A DNA stretch of 64,000 nt from Squalus acanthias. Lineage: Eukaryota. Of this stretch, positions 10,368 through 22,800 are shown in pieces; position 1 is the stretch's first letter; every line of letters begins with the position of its first letter. Under the pieces are notes generated by a model. The model was not told the origin of the DNA and made no database searches. It saw nothing but the letters and a program-made list of their open reading frames with translations. The DNA lies in assembly GCA_030390025.1 (NCBI GenBank), contig CM059432.1:29452001-29516000 (forward strand). Reading direction: 5' to 3'. The position numbers and the translations under genes are program-made.

Positions 10368-12214
10368 ATTAGAAGTTTACAAAACAACTACAATTACCTA
10401 TTTCCTGCTTAAAGGGACAGGCCAGGCTAAACACAGGCAGAACTTGATGGCTATTCATTGAAACCATGCTGCCGACTTAACACTACACATGACCAATGCA
10501 ACAAGATAAGTTCTGTTTATTTACTAAAAGTGCTAGAGGCATTAAAATGGTAGAACAGCAAAGTGGCATCCGCAGTTGTTTTTATTATATTAACAGGCTT
10601 TATTATTTGGTCACTATCAATTCAATAAATATATAGATTGTCAACTAGAAACTTCAACACAGAGCTCCGTCTAACATCAGACTGAACACACAGCTCCGTC
10701 TAACACCAGACTGAACACACAGCTCCGTCTAACATCAGACTGAACACACAGCTCCCTCTAACATCAGACTGAACACACAGCTCTCTCTAACACCAGACTG
10801 AACACACAGCTCCGTCTAACACCAGACTGAACACAGAGCTCCCTCTAACACCAGACTGAACACACAGCTCCCTCTAACATCAGACTGAACACACAGCTCC
10901 CTCTAACATCAGACTGAACACACAGCTCTCTCTAACACCAGACTGAACACACAGCTCCCTCTAACACCAGAATGAACACACAGCTCCCTCGAACATCAGA
11001 CTGAACACACAGCTCCCTCTAACACCAGACCAAACACACAGCTCCCTCTAACACCAGACTGAACACACAGCTCCCTCTAACACCAGACCAAACACACAGC
11101 TCCCTCTAACACCAGACTGAACACACAGCTCTCTCTAACATCAGACTGAACACACAGCTCTCTCTAACATCAGACTGAACACACAGCTCCCTCTAACACC
11201 AGACTGAACACACAGCTCCCTCTAACATCAGACTGAACACACAGCTCTCTCTAACACCAGACTGAACACACAGCTCTCTCTAACATCAGACTGAACACAC
11301 AGCTCTCTCTAACATCAGACTGAACACACAGCTCCCTCTAACATCAGACTGAACACACAGCTCCCTCTAACATCAGACTGAACACACAGCTCCCTCTAAC
11401 ACCAGACTGAACACACAGCTCCCTCTAACACCAGACTGAACACACAGCTCCCTCTAACATCAGACTGAACACACAGCTCCCTCTAACATCAGACTGAACA
11501 CACAGCTCCCTCTAACACCAGACTGAACACACAGCTCCCTCTAACACCAGACTGAACACACAGCTCTCTCTAACATCAGACTGAACACACAGCTCCGTCT
11601 AACACCAGACTGAACACACAGCTCCCTCTAACATCAGACTGAACACACAGCTCCTTCTAACACCAGACTGAACACACAGCTCTCTCTAACATCAGACTGA
11701 ACACACAGCTCTCTCTAGCATCAGACTGAACACACAGCTCCCTCTAACACCAGACTGAACACACAGCTCTCTCTAACATCAGACTGAACACACAGCTCCC
11801 TCTAACATCAGACTGAACACACAGCTCCCTCTAACATCAGACTGAACACACAGCTCTCTCTAACATTAGACTGAACACACAGCTCCGTCTAACACCAGAC
11901 TGAACACACAGCTCCCTCTAACATCAGACTGAACACACAGCTCCCTCTAACATCAGACTGAACACACAGCTCCCTCTAACATCAGACTGAACACACAGCT
12001 CCCTCTAACATCAGACTGAACACACAGCTCCCTCTAACACCAGACTGAACACACAGCTCTCTCTAACACCAGACTGAACACACAGCTCCCTCTAACACCA
12101 GACTGAACACACAGCTCCCTCTAACACCAGACTGAACACACAGCTCCCTCTAACATCAGACTGAAATGAGAAGTCGCACAACACCAGGTTATAGTCCAAC
12201 AGATTTATTTAAAA

Positions 12215-12252
12215 TTACAAGCTTTCGGAGCTGTCGCACCTTCGTCAGGTAA
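12215..12252 (-). ncRNA. minimal type I hammerhead ribozyme motif (inverted arm, copy 1)
   Basis: Minus strand: UUAC-CUGACGA-A-GGUGC GACA GCUCC-GAAA-GC-UU-GUAA. Stem I UUAC/GUAA; stem II has one U-U mismatch. Confidence 0.7.
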
Positions 12253-12428
12253 AGGTACAATGAGTGAATCTACAATATTGCACAGTATATAAACACAGAA
12301 ACTGCAGAGATACAATCTTTCAGGGAGGCCTTACATCAAAGACACACCAGAGCACAGCCAAGACAATGAGATGAGTCACAGAGGGTCCAACGTGTCAAAT
12401 CCTGCTGTCTGCAGTTTAACCCTTTTTT

Positions 12429-12941
12429 TTTAAGCAGCCGCCAAACCTCAAAATTACCATCGTTCGCAGCAAATTACCCAGCTGTCAGGAGAACAGCGAC
12501 CACGACACCACACAACCCTGCCACGGCAACCTCTGCAAGACATGCCAGATCATGAACACAGATACCGTCATCACACGTGAGGGCACTACCCACCAGGTAC
12601 ATGGTACATATTCATGTGACTCGGCCAACGTTGTCTACCTGATACGTTGCAGGAAAGGATGCCCCAGAGCATGGTACATCGGCGAGACCATGCAGACACT
12701 GAGACAACGTATGAACGGACACCGCACAACAATCGCCAGGCAGGATTGTTGCCTCCCAGTCGGGGAACACTTCAGCAGTCAAGGACATTCAGCCTCGGAG
12801 CTGCGGGTTAGCGTTCTCCAAGGCGGCCTTCGAGACACATGACAACGCAAAATCATCGAGCAGAAACTGATAGCCAAGTTCCGCACCCATGAGGACGGCC
12901 TCAATAGGGATATCGGGTTCATGTCACGCTACAGAACGTGA
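12429..12941 (+). pseudogene. Penelope linker + GIY-YIG endonuclease with premature stop
   Basis: FKQPPNLK...PCHGNLCKTC...VVYLIRCRKGCPRAWYIGET...RMNGHR. TGA at 12840, after which the frame continues QRKIIEQKLIAKFRTHEDGLNRDIGFMSRYRT*. Confidence 0.9.
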
Positions 12942-13162
12942 CTCGACATCGTTGTCTGTCTTTCCAGTTTTTAAAAAAAACACCAAAAAAAAGGGTTAAA
13001 CTGCAGACAGCAGGATTTGAAACGTTGGACCCCCTGTGACTCATCTCATTGTCTTGGCTGTGCTCTGGTTTGTCTTTGATGTAAGGCCTCCCTGAAAGAT
13101 TGTATCTCTGCAGTTTCTGTGTTTATATACTGTGTAATATTGTAGATTCACTCATTGTACCT

Positions 13163-13200
13163 TCACCTGACGAAGGGGCGACGGCTCCGAAAGCTTGTAA
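13163..13200 (+). ncRNA. minimal type I hammerhead ribozyme motif (direct arm, copy 1)
   Basis: UCAC-CUGACGA-A-GGGGC GACG GCUCC-GAAA-GC-UU-GUAA, with palindromic AAGCUU in place of stem III. Confidence 0.75.
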
Positions 13201-16200
13201 TTTTAAATAAATCTGTTGGACTATAACCTGGTGTTGTGCGACTTCTCATTTTTGTCCACCCCAGTCCAACACCGGCATCTCCGCATCATAACATCAGACT
13301 GAACACACAGCTCCCTCTAACACCAGACTGAACACACAGCTCCCTCTAACATCAGACTGAACACACAGCTCCCTCTAACATCAGACTGAACACACAGCTC
13401 CCTCTAACATCAGACTGAACACACAGCTCCCTCTAACATCAGACTGAACACACAGCTCCCTCTAACATCAGACTGAACACACAGCTCCGTCTAACATCAG
13501 ACTGAACACACAGCTCCCTCTAACACCAGACTGAACACACAGCTCCCTCTAACATCAGACTGAACACACAGCTCCCTCTAACACCAGACTGAACACACAG
13601 CTCCCTCTAACATCAGACTGAACACACAGCTCTCTCTAACATCAGACTGAACACACAGCTCCCTCTAACATCAGACTGAACACACAGCTCCCTCTAACAT
13701 CAGACTGAACACACAGCTCCCTCTAACATCAGACTGAACACACAGCTCCCTCTAACATCAGACTGAACACACAGCTCCCTCTAACATCAGACTGAACACA
13801 CAGCTCCCTCTAACACCAGACTGAACACACAGCTCCCTCTAACATCAGACTGAACACACAGCTCCCTCTAACACCAGACTGAACACACAGCTCCCTCTAA
13901 CATCAGACTGAACACACAGCTCCCTCTAACACCAGACTGAACACACAGCTCCCTCTAACATCAGACTGAACACACAGCTCCCTCTAACACCAGACTGAAC
14001 ACACAGCTCCCTCTAACACCAGACTAACACACAGCTCCCTCTAACACCAGACTGAACACACAGCTCCCTCTAACACCAGACTGAACACACAGCTCCCTCT
14101 AACACCAGACTGAACACACAGCTCCCTCTAACATCAGACTGAACACACAGCTCCCTCTAACACCAGACTGAACACACAGCTCCCTCTAACATCAGACTGA
14201 ACACACAGCTCCCTCTAACATCAGACTGAACACACAGCTCTCTCTAACATCAGACTGAACACACAGCTCTCTCTAACATCAGACTGAACACACAGCTCTC
14301 TCTAACACCAGACCAAACACACAGCTCCCTCTAACATCAGACTGAACACACAGCTCCTCTAACATCAGACTGAACACACAGCTCCCTCTAACATCAGACT
14401 GAACACACAGCTCTCTCTAACACCAGACTGAACACACAGCTCTCTCTAACACCAGACTGAACACACAGCTCCCTCTAACACCAGACTGAACACACAGCTC
14501 CCTCTAACATCAGACTGAACACACAGCTCCCTCTAACATCAGACTGAACACACAGCTCCCTCTAACATCAGACTGAACACACAGCTCCCTCTAACATCAG
14601 ACTGAACACACAGCTCTCTCTAACATCAGACTGAACACACAGCCCCTCTAACACCAGACTGAACACACAGCTCCGTCTAACATCAGACTGAACACACAGC
14701 TCCCTCTAACACCAGACTGAACACACAGCTCCCTCTAACATCAGACTGAACAGACAGCTCCCTCTAACACCAGACTGAACACACAGCTCCCTCTAACATC
14801 AGACTGAACACACAGCTCCCTCTAACACCAGACTGAACACACAGCTCTCTCTAACATCAGACTGAACACACAGCTCCCTCTAACACCAGACTGAACACAC
14901 AGCTCTCTCTAACATCAGACTGAACACACAGCTCTCTCTAACATCAGACTGAACACACAGCTCTCTCTAACATCAGACTGAACACACAGCTCCCTCTAAC
15001 ACCAGACTGAACACACAGCTCCCTCTAACATCAGACTGAACACACAGCTCTCTCTAACACCAGACTGAACACACAGCTCTCTCTAACATCAGACTGAACA
15101 CACAGCTCCCTCTAACACCAGACTGAACACACAGCTCCCTCTAACATCAGACTGAACACACAGCTCTCTCTAACATCAGACTGAACACACAGCTCCATCT
15201 AACATCAGACTGAACACACAGCTCCCTCTAACACCAGACTGAACACACAGCTCCCTCTAACACCAGACTGAACACACAGCTCCCTCTAACATCAGACTGA
15301 ACACACAGCTCCCTCTAACATCAGACTGAACACACAGCTCCCTCTAACACCAGACTGAACACACAGCTCCCTCTAACACCAGACTGAACACACAGCTCCC
15401 TCTAACACCAGACTGAACACACAGCTCCCTCTAACATCAGACTGAACACACAGCTCCCTCTAACACCAGACTGAACACACAGCTCCCTCTAACATCAGAC
15501 TGAACACACAGCTCCCTCTAACATCAGACTGAACACACAGCTCCCTCTAACACCAGACTGAACACACAGCTCCCTCTAACACCAGACTGAACACACAGCT
15601 CCCTCTAACATCAGACTGAACACACAGCTCCCTCTAACATCAGACTGAACACACAGCTCCCTCTAACATCAGACTGAACACACAGCTCTCTCTAACATCA
15701 GACTGAACACACAGCTCCTCTAACATCAGACTGAACACACAGCTCCCTCTAACACCAGACTGAACACACAGCTCCCTCTAACACCAGACTGAACACACAG
15801 CTCCCTCTAACACCAGACTGAACACACAGCTCCCTCTAACATCAGACTGAACACACAGCTCCCTCTAACACCAGACTGAACACACAGCTCCCTCTAACAT
15901 CAGACTAAACACACAGCTCCCTCTAACATCAGACTGAACACACAGCTCCCTCTAACACCAGACTGAACACACAGCTCCCTCTAACACCAGACTGAACACA
16001 CAGCTCCCTCTAACATCAGACTGAACACACAGCTCCCTCTAACATCAGACTAAACACACAGCTCCCTCTAACATCAGACTGAACACACAGCTCTCTCTAA
16101 CATCAGACTGAACACACAGCTCTCTCTAACATCAGACTGAACGCACAGCTCCCTCTAACATCAGACTGAACACACAGCTCCCTCTAACATCAGACTAAAC

Positions 16201-18886
16201 ACACAGCTCCCTCTAACATCAGACTGAACACACAGCTCTCTCTAACATCAGACTGAACACACAGCTCCCTCTAACATCAGACTGAACACACAGCTCCCTC
16301 TAACATCAGACTGAACACACAGCTCTCTCTAACACCAGACTGAACACACAGCTCCCTCTAACATCAGACTGAACACACAGCTCTCTCTAACACCAGACTG
16401 AACACACAGCTCTCTCTAACATCAGACTGAACACACAGCTCCCTCTAACACCAGACTGAACACACAGCTCCCTCTAACATCAGACTGAACACACAGCTCT
16501 CTCTAACATCAGACTGAACACACAGCTCCATCTAACATCAGACTGAACACACAGCTCCCTCTAACACCAGACTGAACACACAGCTCCCTCTAACACCAGA
16601 CTGAACACACAGCTCCCTCTAACATCAGACTGAACACACAGCTCCCTCTAACATCAGACTAAACACACAGCTCCCTCTAACACCAGACTGAACACACAGC
16701 TCCCTCTAACACCAGACTGAACACACAGCTCCCTCTAACACCAGACTGAACACACAGCTCCCTCTAACATCAGACTGAACACACAGCTCCCTCTAACACC
16801 AGACTGAACACACAGCTCCCTCTAACATCAGACTAAACACACAGCTCCCTCTAACATCAGACTGAACACACAGCTCCCTCTAACACCAGACTGAACACAC
16901 AGCTCCCTCTAACATCAGACTGAACACACAGCTCCCTCTAACATCAGACTAAACACACAGCTCCCTCTAACATCAGACTGAACACACAGCTCTCTCTAAC
17001 ATCAGACTGAACACACAGCTCTCTCTAACATCAGACTGAACACACAGCTCCCTCTAACACCAGACTGAACACACAGCTCCCTCTAACATCAGACTGAACA
17101 CACAGCTCCCTCTAACACCAGACTGAACACACAGCTCCCTCTAACATCAGACTGAACACACAGCTCCCTCTAACACCAGACTGAACACACAGCTCCCTCT
17201 AACATCAGACTGAACACACAGCTCCCTCTAACATCAGACTGAACACACAGCTCCCTCTAACACCAGACTGAACACACAGCTCCCTCTAACACCAGACTGA
17301 ACACACAGCTCCCTCTAACATCAGACTGAACACACAGCTCCCTCTAACATCAGACTGAACACACAGCTCCCTCTAACATCAGACTGAACACACAGCTCTC
17401 TCTAACATCAGACTGAACACACAGCTCCTCTAACATCAGACTGAACACACAGCTCCCTCTAACATCAGACTGAACACACAGCTCCCTCTAACATCAGACT
17501 GAACACACAGCTCCCTCTAACATCAGACTGAACACACAGCTCTCTCTAACATCAGACTGAACACACAGCTCCCTCTAACATCAGACTGAACACACAGCTC
17601 CCTCTAACATCAGACTGAACACACAGCTCTCTCTAACACCAGACTGAACACACAGCTCCCTCTAACACCAGACTGAACACACAGCTCCCTCTAACATCAG
17701 ACTGAACACACAGCTCCCTCTAACACCAGACAGAACACACAGCTCCCTCTAACACCAGACTGAACACACAGCTCCCTCTAACACCAGACCTAACACACAG
17801 CTCCCTCTAACACCAGACTGAACACACAGCTCTCTCTAACATCAGACTGAACACACAGCTCCCTCTAACATCAGACTGAACACACAGCTCCCTCTAACAC
17901 CAGACTGAACACACAGCTCCCTCTAACATCAGACTGAACACACAGCTCTCTCTAACACCAGACTGAACACACAGCTCTCTCTAACATCAGACTGAACACA
18001 CAGCTCTCTCTAACATCAGACTGAACACACAGCTCCCTCTAACATCAGACTGAACACACAGCTCCCTCTAACATCAGACTGAACACACAGCTCCCTCTAA
18101 CACCAGACTGAACACACAGCTCCCTCTAACACCAGACTGAACACACAGCTCCCTCTAACATCAGACTGAACACACAGCTCCCTCTAACATCAGACTGAAC
18201 ACACAGCTCCCTCTAACACCAGACTGAACACACAGCTCCCTCTAACACCAGACTGAACACACAGCTCTCTCTAACATCAGACTGAACACACAGCTCCGTC
18301 TAACACCAGACTGAACACACAGCTCCCTCTAACATCAGACTGAACACACAGCTCCTTCTAACACCAGACTGAACACACAGCTCTCTCTAACATCAGACTG
18401 AACACACAGCTCTCTCTAGCATCAGACTGAACACACAGCTCCGTCTAACACCAGACTGAACACACAGCTCTCTCTAACATCAGACTGAACACACAGCTCC
18501 CTCTAACATCAGACTGAACACACAGCTCCCTCTAACATCAGACTGAACACACAGCTCTCTCTAACATTAGACTGAACACACAGCTCCGTCTAACACCAGA
18601 CTGAACACACAGCTCCCTCTAACATCAGACTGAACACACAGCTCCCTCTAACATCAGACTGAACACACAGCTCCCTCTAACATCAGACTGAACACACAGC
18701 TCCCTCTAACACCAGACTGAACACACAGCTCCCTCTAACACCAGACTGAACACACAGCTCCCTCTAACACCAGACTGAACACATAGCTCCCTCTAACACC
18801 AGACTGAACACACAGCTCCCTCTAACATCAGACTGAAATGAGAAGTCGCACAACACCAGGTTATAGTCCAACAGATTTATTTAAAA

Positions 18887-18924
18887 TTACAAGCTTTCGG
18901 AGCTGTCGCACCTTCGTCAGGTAA
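18887..18924 (-). ncRNA. minimal hammerhead motif (inverted arm, copy 2)
   Basis: Identical to 12215-12252. Confidence 0.7.
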
Positions 18925-19100
18925 AGGTACAATGAGTGAATCTACAATATTGCACAGTATATAAACACAGAAACTGCAGAGATACAATCTTTCAGGGAGG
19001 CCTTACATCAAAGACGCACCAGAGCACAGCCAAGACAATGAGATGAGTCACAGAGGGTCCAACGTGTCAAATCCTGCTGTCTGCAGTTTAACCCTTTTTT

Positions 19101-19613
19101 TTTAAGCAGCCGCCAAACCTCAAAATTACCATCGTTCGCAGCAAATTACCCAGCTGTCAGGAGAACAGCGACCACGACACCACACAACCCTGCCACGGCA
19201 ACCTCTGCAAGACATGCCAGATCATGAACACAGATACCGTCATCACACGTGAGGGCACTACCCACCAGGTACATGGTACATATTCATGTGACTCGGCCAA
19301 CGTTGTCTACCTGATACGTTGCAGGAAAGGATGCCCCAGAGCATGGTACATCGGCGAGACCATGCAGACACTGAGACAACGTATGAACGGACACCGCACA
19401 ACAATCGCCAGGCAGGATTGTTGCCTCCCAGTCGGGGAACACTTCAGCAGTCAAGGACATTCAGCCTCGGAGCTGCGGGTTAGCGTTCTCCAAGGCGGCC
19501 TTCGAGACACATGACAACGCAAAATCATCGAGCAGAAACTGATAGCCAAGTTCCGCACCCATGAGGACGGCCTCAATAGGGATATCGGGTTCATGTCACG
19601 CTACAGAACGTGA
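19101..19613 (+). pseudogene. Penelope linker + GIY-YIG endonuclease with premature stop, copy 2
   Basis: Same translation as 12429-12941, including the TGA at 19512. Confidence 0.9.
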
Positions 19614-19834
19614 CTCGACATCGTTGTCTGTCTTTCCAGTTTTTAAAAAAAACACCAAAAAAAAGGGTTAAACTGCAGACAGCAGGATTTGAAACGTTGG
19701 ACCCCCTGTGACTCATCTCATTGTCTTGGCTGTGCTCTGGTTTGTCTTTGATGTAAGGCCTCCCTGAAAGATTGTATCTCTGCAGTTTCTGTGTTTATAT
19801 ACTGTGTAATATTGTAGATTCACTCATTGTACCT

Positions 19835-19872
19835 TCACCTGACGAAGGGGCGACGGCTCCGAAAGCTTGTAA
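19835..19872 (+). ncRNA. minimal hammerhead motif (direct arm, copy 2)
   Basis: Identical to 13163-13200. Confidence 0.75.
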
Positions 19873-22800
19873 TTTTAAATAAATCTGTTGGACTATAACC
19901 TGGTGTTGTGCGACTTCTCATTTTTGTCCACCCCAGTCCAACACCGGCATCTCCGCATCATAACATCAGACTGAACACACAGCTCCCTCTAACACCAGAC
20001 TGAACACACAGCTCCCTCTAACATCAGACTGAACACACAGCTCCCTCTAACATCAGACTGAACACACAGCTCCCTCTAACATCAGACTGAACACACAGCT
20101 CCCTCTAACATCAGACTGAACACACAGCTCCCTCTAACATCAGACTGAACACACAGCTCCGTCTAACATCAGACTGAACACACAGCTCCCTCTAACACCA
20201 GACTGAACACACAGCTCCCTCTAACATCAGACTGAACACACAGCTCCCTCTAACACCAGACTGAACACACAGCTCCCTCTAACATCAGACTGAACACACA
20301 GCTCCGTCTAACATCAGACTGAACACACAGCTCCCTCTAACATCAGACTGAACACACAGCTCCCTCTAACATCAGACTGAACACACAGCTCCTCTAACAT
20401 CAGACTGAACACACAGCTCCTCTAACATCAGACTGAACACACAGCTCCTCTAACATCAGACTGAACACACAGCTCCCTCTAACACCAGACTGAACACACA
20501 GCTCCCTCTAACATCAGACTGAACACACAGCTCCCTCTAACACCAGACTGAACACACAGCTCCCTCTAACATCAGACTGAACACACAGCTCCCTCTAACA
20601 CCAGACTGAACACACAGCTCCCTCTAACATCAGACTGAACACACAGCTCCCTCTAACACCAGACTGAACACACAGCTCCCTCTAACACCAGACTGAACAC
20701 ACAGCTCCCTCTAACACCAGACTGAACACACAGCTCCCTCTAACACCAGACTGAACACACAGCTCCCTCTAACACCAGACTGAACACACAGCTCCCTCTA
20801 ACATCAGACTGAACACACAGCTCCCTCTAACACCAGACTGAACACACAGCTCCCTCTAACATCAGACTGAACACACAGCTCCCTCTAACATCAGACTGAA
20901 CACACAGCTCTCTCTAACATCAGACTGAACACACAGCTCTCTCTAACATCAGACTGAACACACAGCTCTCTCTAACACCAGACTGAACACACAGCTCCCT
21001 CTAACATCAGACTGAACACACAGCTCTCTCTAACATCAGACTGAACACACAGATCTCTCTAACATCAGACTGAACACACAGCTCTCTCTAACACCAGACT
21101 GAACACACAGCTCTCTCTAACACCAGACTGAACACACAGCTCCCTCTAACACCAGACTGAACACACAGCTCCCTCTAACATCAGACTGAACACACAGCTC
21201 CCTCTAACATCAGACTGAACACACAGCTCCCTCTAACATCAGACTGAACACACAGCTCCCTCTAACATCAGACTGAACACACAGCTCTCTCTAACATCAG
21301 ACTGAACACACAGCTCCCTCTAACACCAGACTGAACACACAGCTCCGTCTAACATCAGACTGAACACACAGCTCCCTCTAACACCAGACTGAACACACAG
21401 CTCCCTCTAACATCAGACTGAACAGACAGCTCCCTCTAACACCAGACTGAACACACAGCTCCCTCTAACATCAGACTGAACACACAGCTCCCTCTAACAC
21501 CAGACTGAACACACAGCTCTCTCTAACATCAGACTGAACACACAGCTCCCTCTAACACCAGACTGAACACACAGCTCTCTCTAACATCAGACTGAACACA
21601 CAGCTCTCTCTAACATCAGACTGAAAACACAGCTCTCTCTAACATCAGACTGAACACACAGCCCCCTCTAACACCAGACTGAACACACAGCTCCCTCTAA
21701 CATCAGATTGAACACACAGCTCTCTCTAACACCAGACTGAACACACAGCTCTCTCTAACATCAGACTGAACACACAGCCCCCTCTAACACCAGACTGAAC
21801 ACACAGCTCCCTCTAACATCAGACTGAACACACAGCTCTCTCTAACATCAGACTGAACACAAAGCTCAATCTAACATCAGACTGAACACACAGCTCCCTC
21901 TAACACCAGACTGAACACACAGCTCCCTCTAACACCAGACTGAACACACAGCTCCCTCTAACATCAGACTGAACACACAGCTCCCTCTAACATCAGACTA
22001 AACACACAGCTCCCTCTAACACCAGACTGAACACACAGCTCCCTCTAACACCAGACTGAACACACAGCTCCCTCTAACACCAGACTGAACACACAGCTCC
22101 CTCTAACATCAGACTGAACACACAGCTCCCTCTAACACCAGACTGAACACACAGCTCCCTCTAACATCAGACTAAACACACAGCTCCCTCTAACATCAGA
22201 CTGAACACACAGCTCCCTCTAACACCAGACTGAACACACAGCTCCCTCTAACACCAGACTGAACACACAGCTCCCTCTAACATCAGACTGAACACACAGC
22301 TCCCTCTAACATCAGACTAAACACACAGCTCCCTCTAACATCAGACTGAACACACAGCTCTCTCTAACATCAGACTGAACACACAGCTCTCTCTAACATC
22401 AGACTGAACACACAGCTCTCTCTAACATCAGACTGAACACACAGCTCCCTCTAACACCAGACTGAACACACAGCTCCCTCTAACATCAGACTGAACACAC
22501 AGCTCTCTCTAACACCAGACTGAACACACAGCTCTCTCTAACATCAGACTGAACACACAGCTCCCTCTAACACCAGACTGAACACACAGCTCCCTCTAAC
22601 ATCAGACTGAACACACAGCTCTCTCTAACATCAGACTGAACACACAGCTCAATCTAACATCAGACTGAACACACAGCTCCCTCTAACACCAGACTGAACA
22701 CACAGCTCCCTCTAACATCAGACTGAACACACAGCTCCCTCTAACACCAGACTGAACACACAGCTCCCTCTAACATCAGACTGAACACACAGCTCCCTCT

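Larger units (their letters stand above)
12166..13288 (+). mobile_element. 5'-truncated Penelope-like element (Neptune-type) with inverted pLTR arm, copy 1
   Basis: 12166-12430 is the reverse complement of about 12985-13250. A GIY-YIG coding segment lies between the arms, and a ~37-nt unpaired 3' tail follows. TAACATCAGACTGAA lies on both flanks. Confidence 0.92.
18838..19960 (+). mobile_element. Penelope-like fold-back element, copy 2
   Basis: Same as copy 1 at offset +6672, with the same junctions. One substitution seen (GACACACC vs GACGCACC). Confidence 0.92.
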
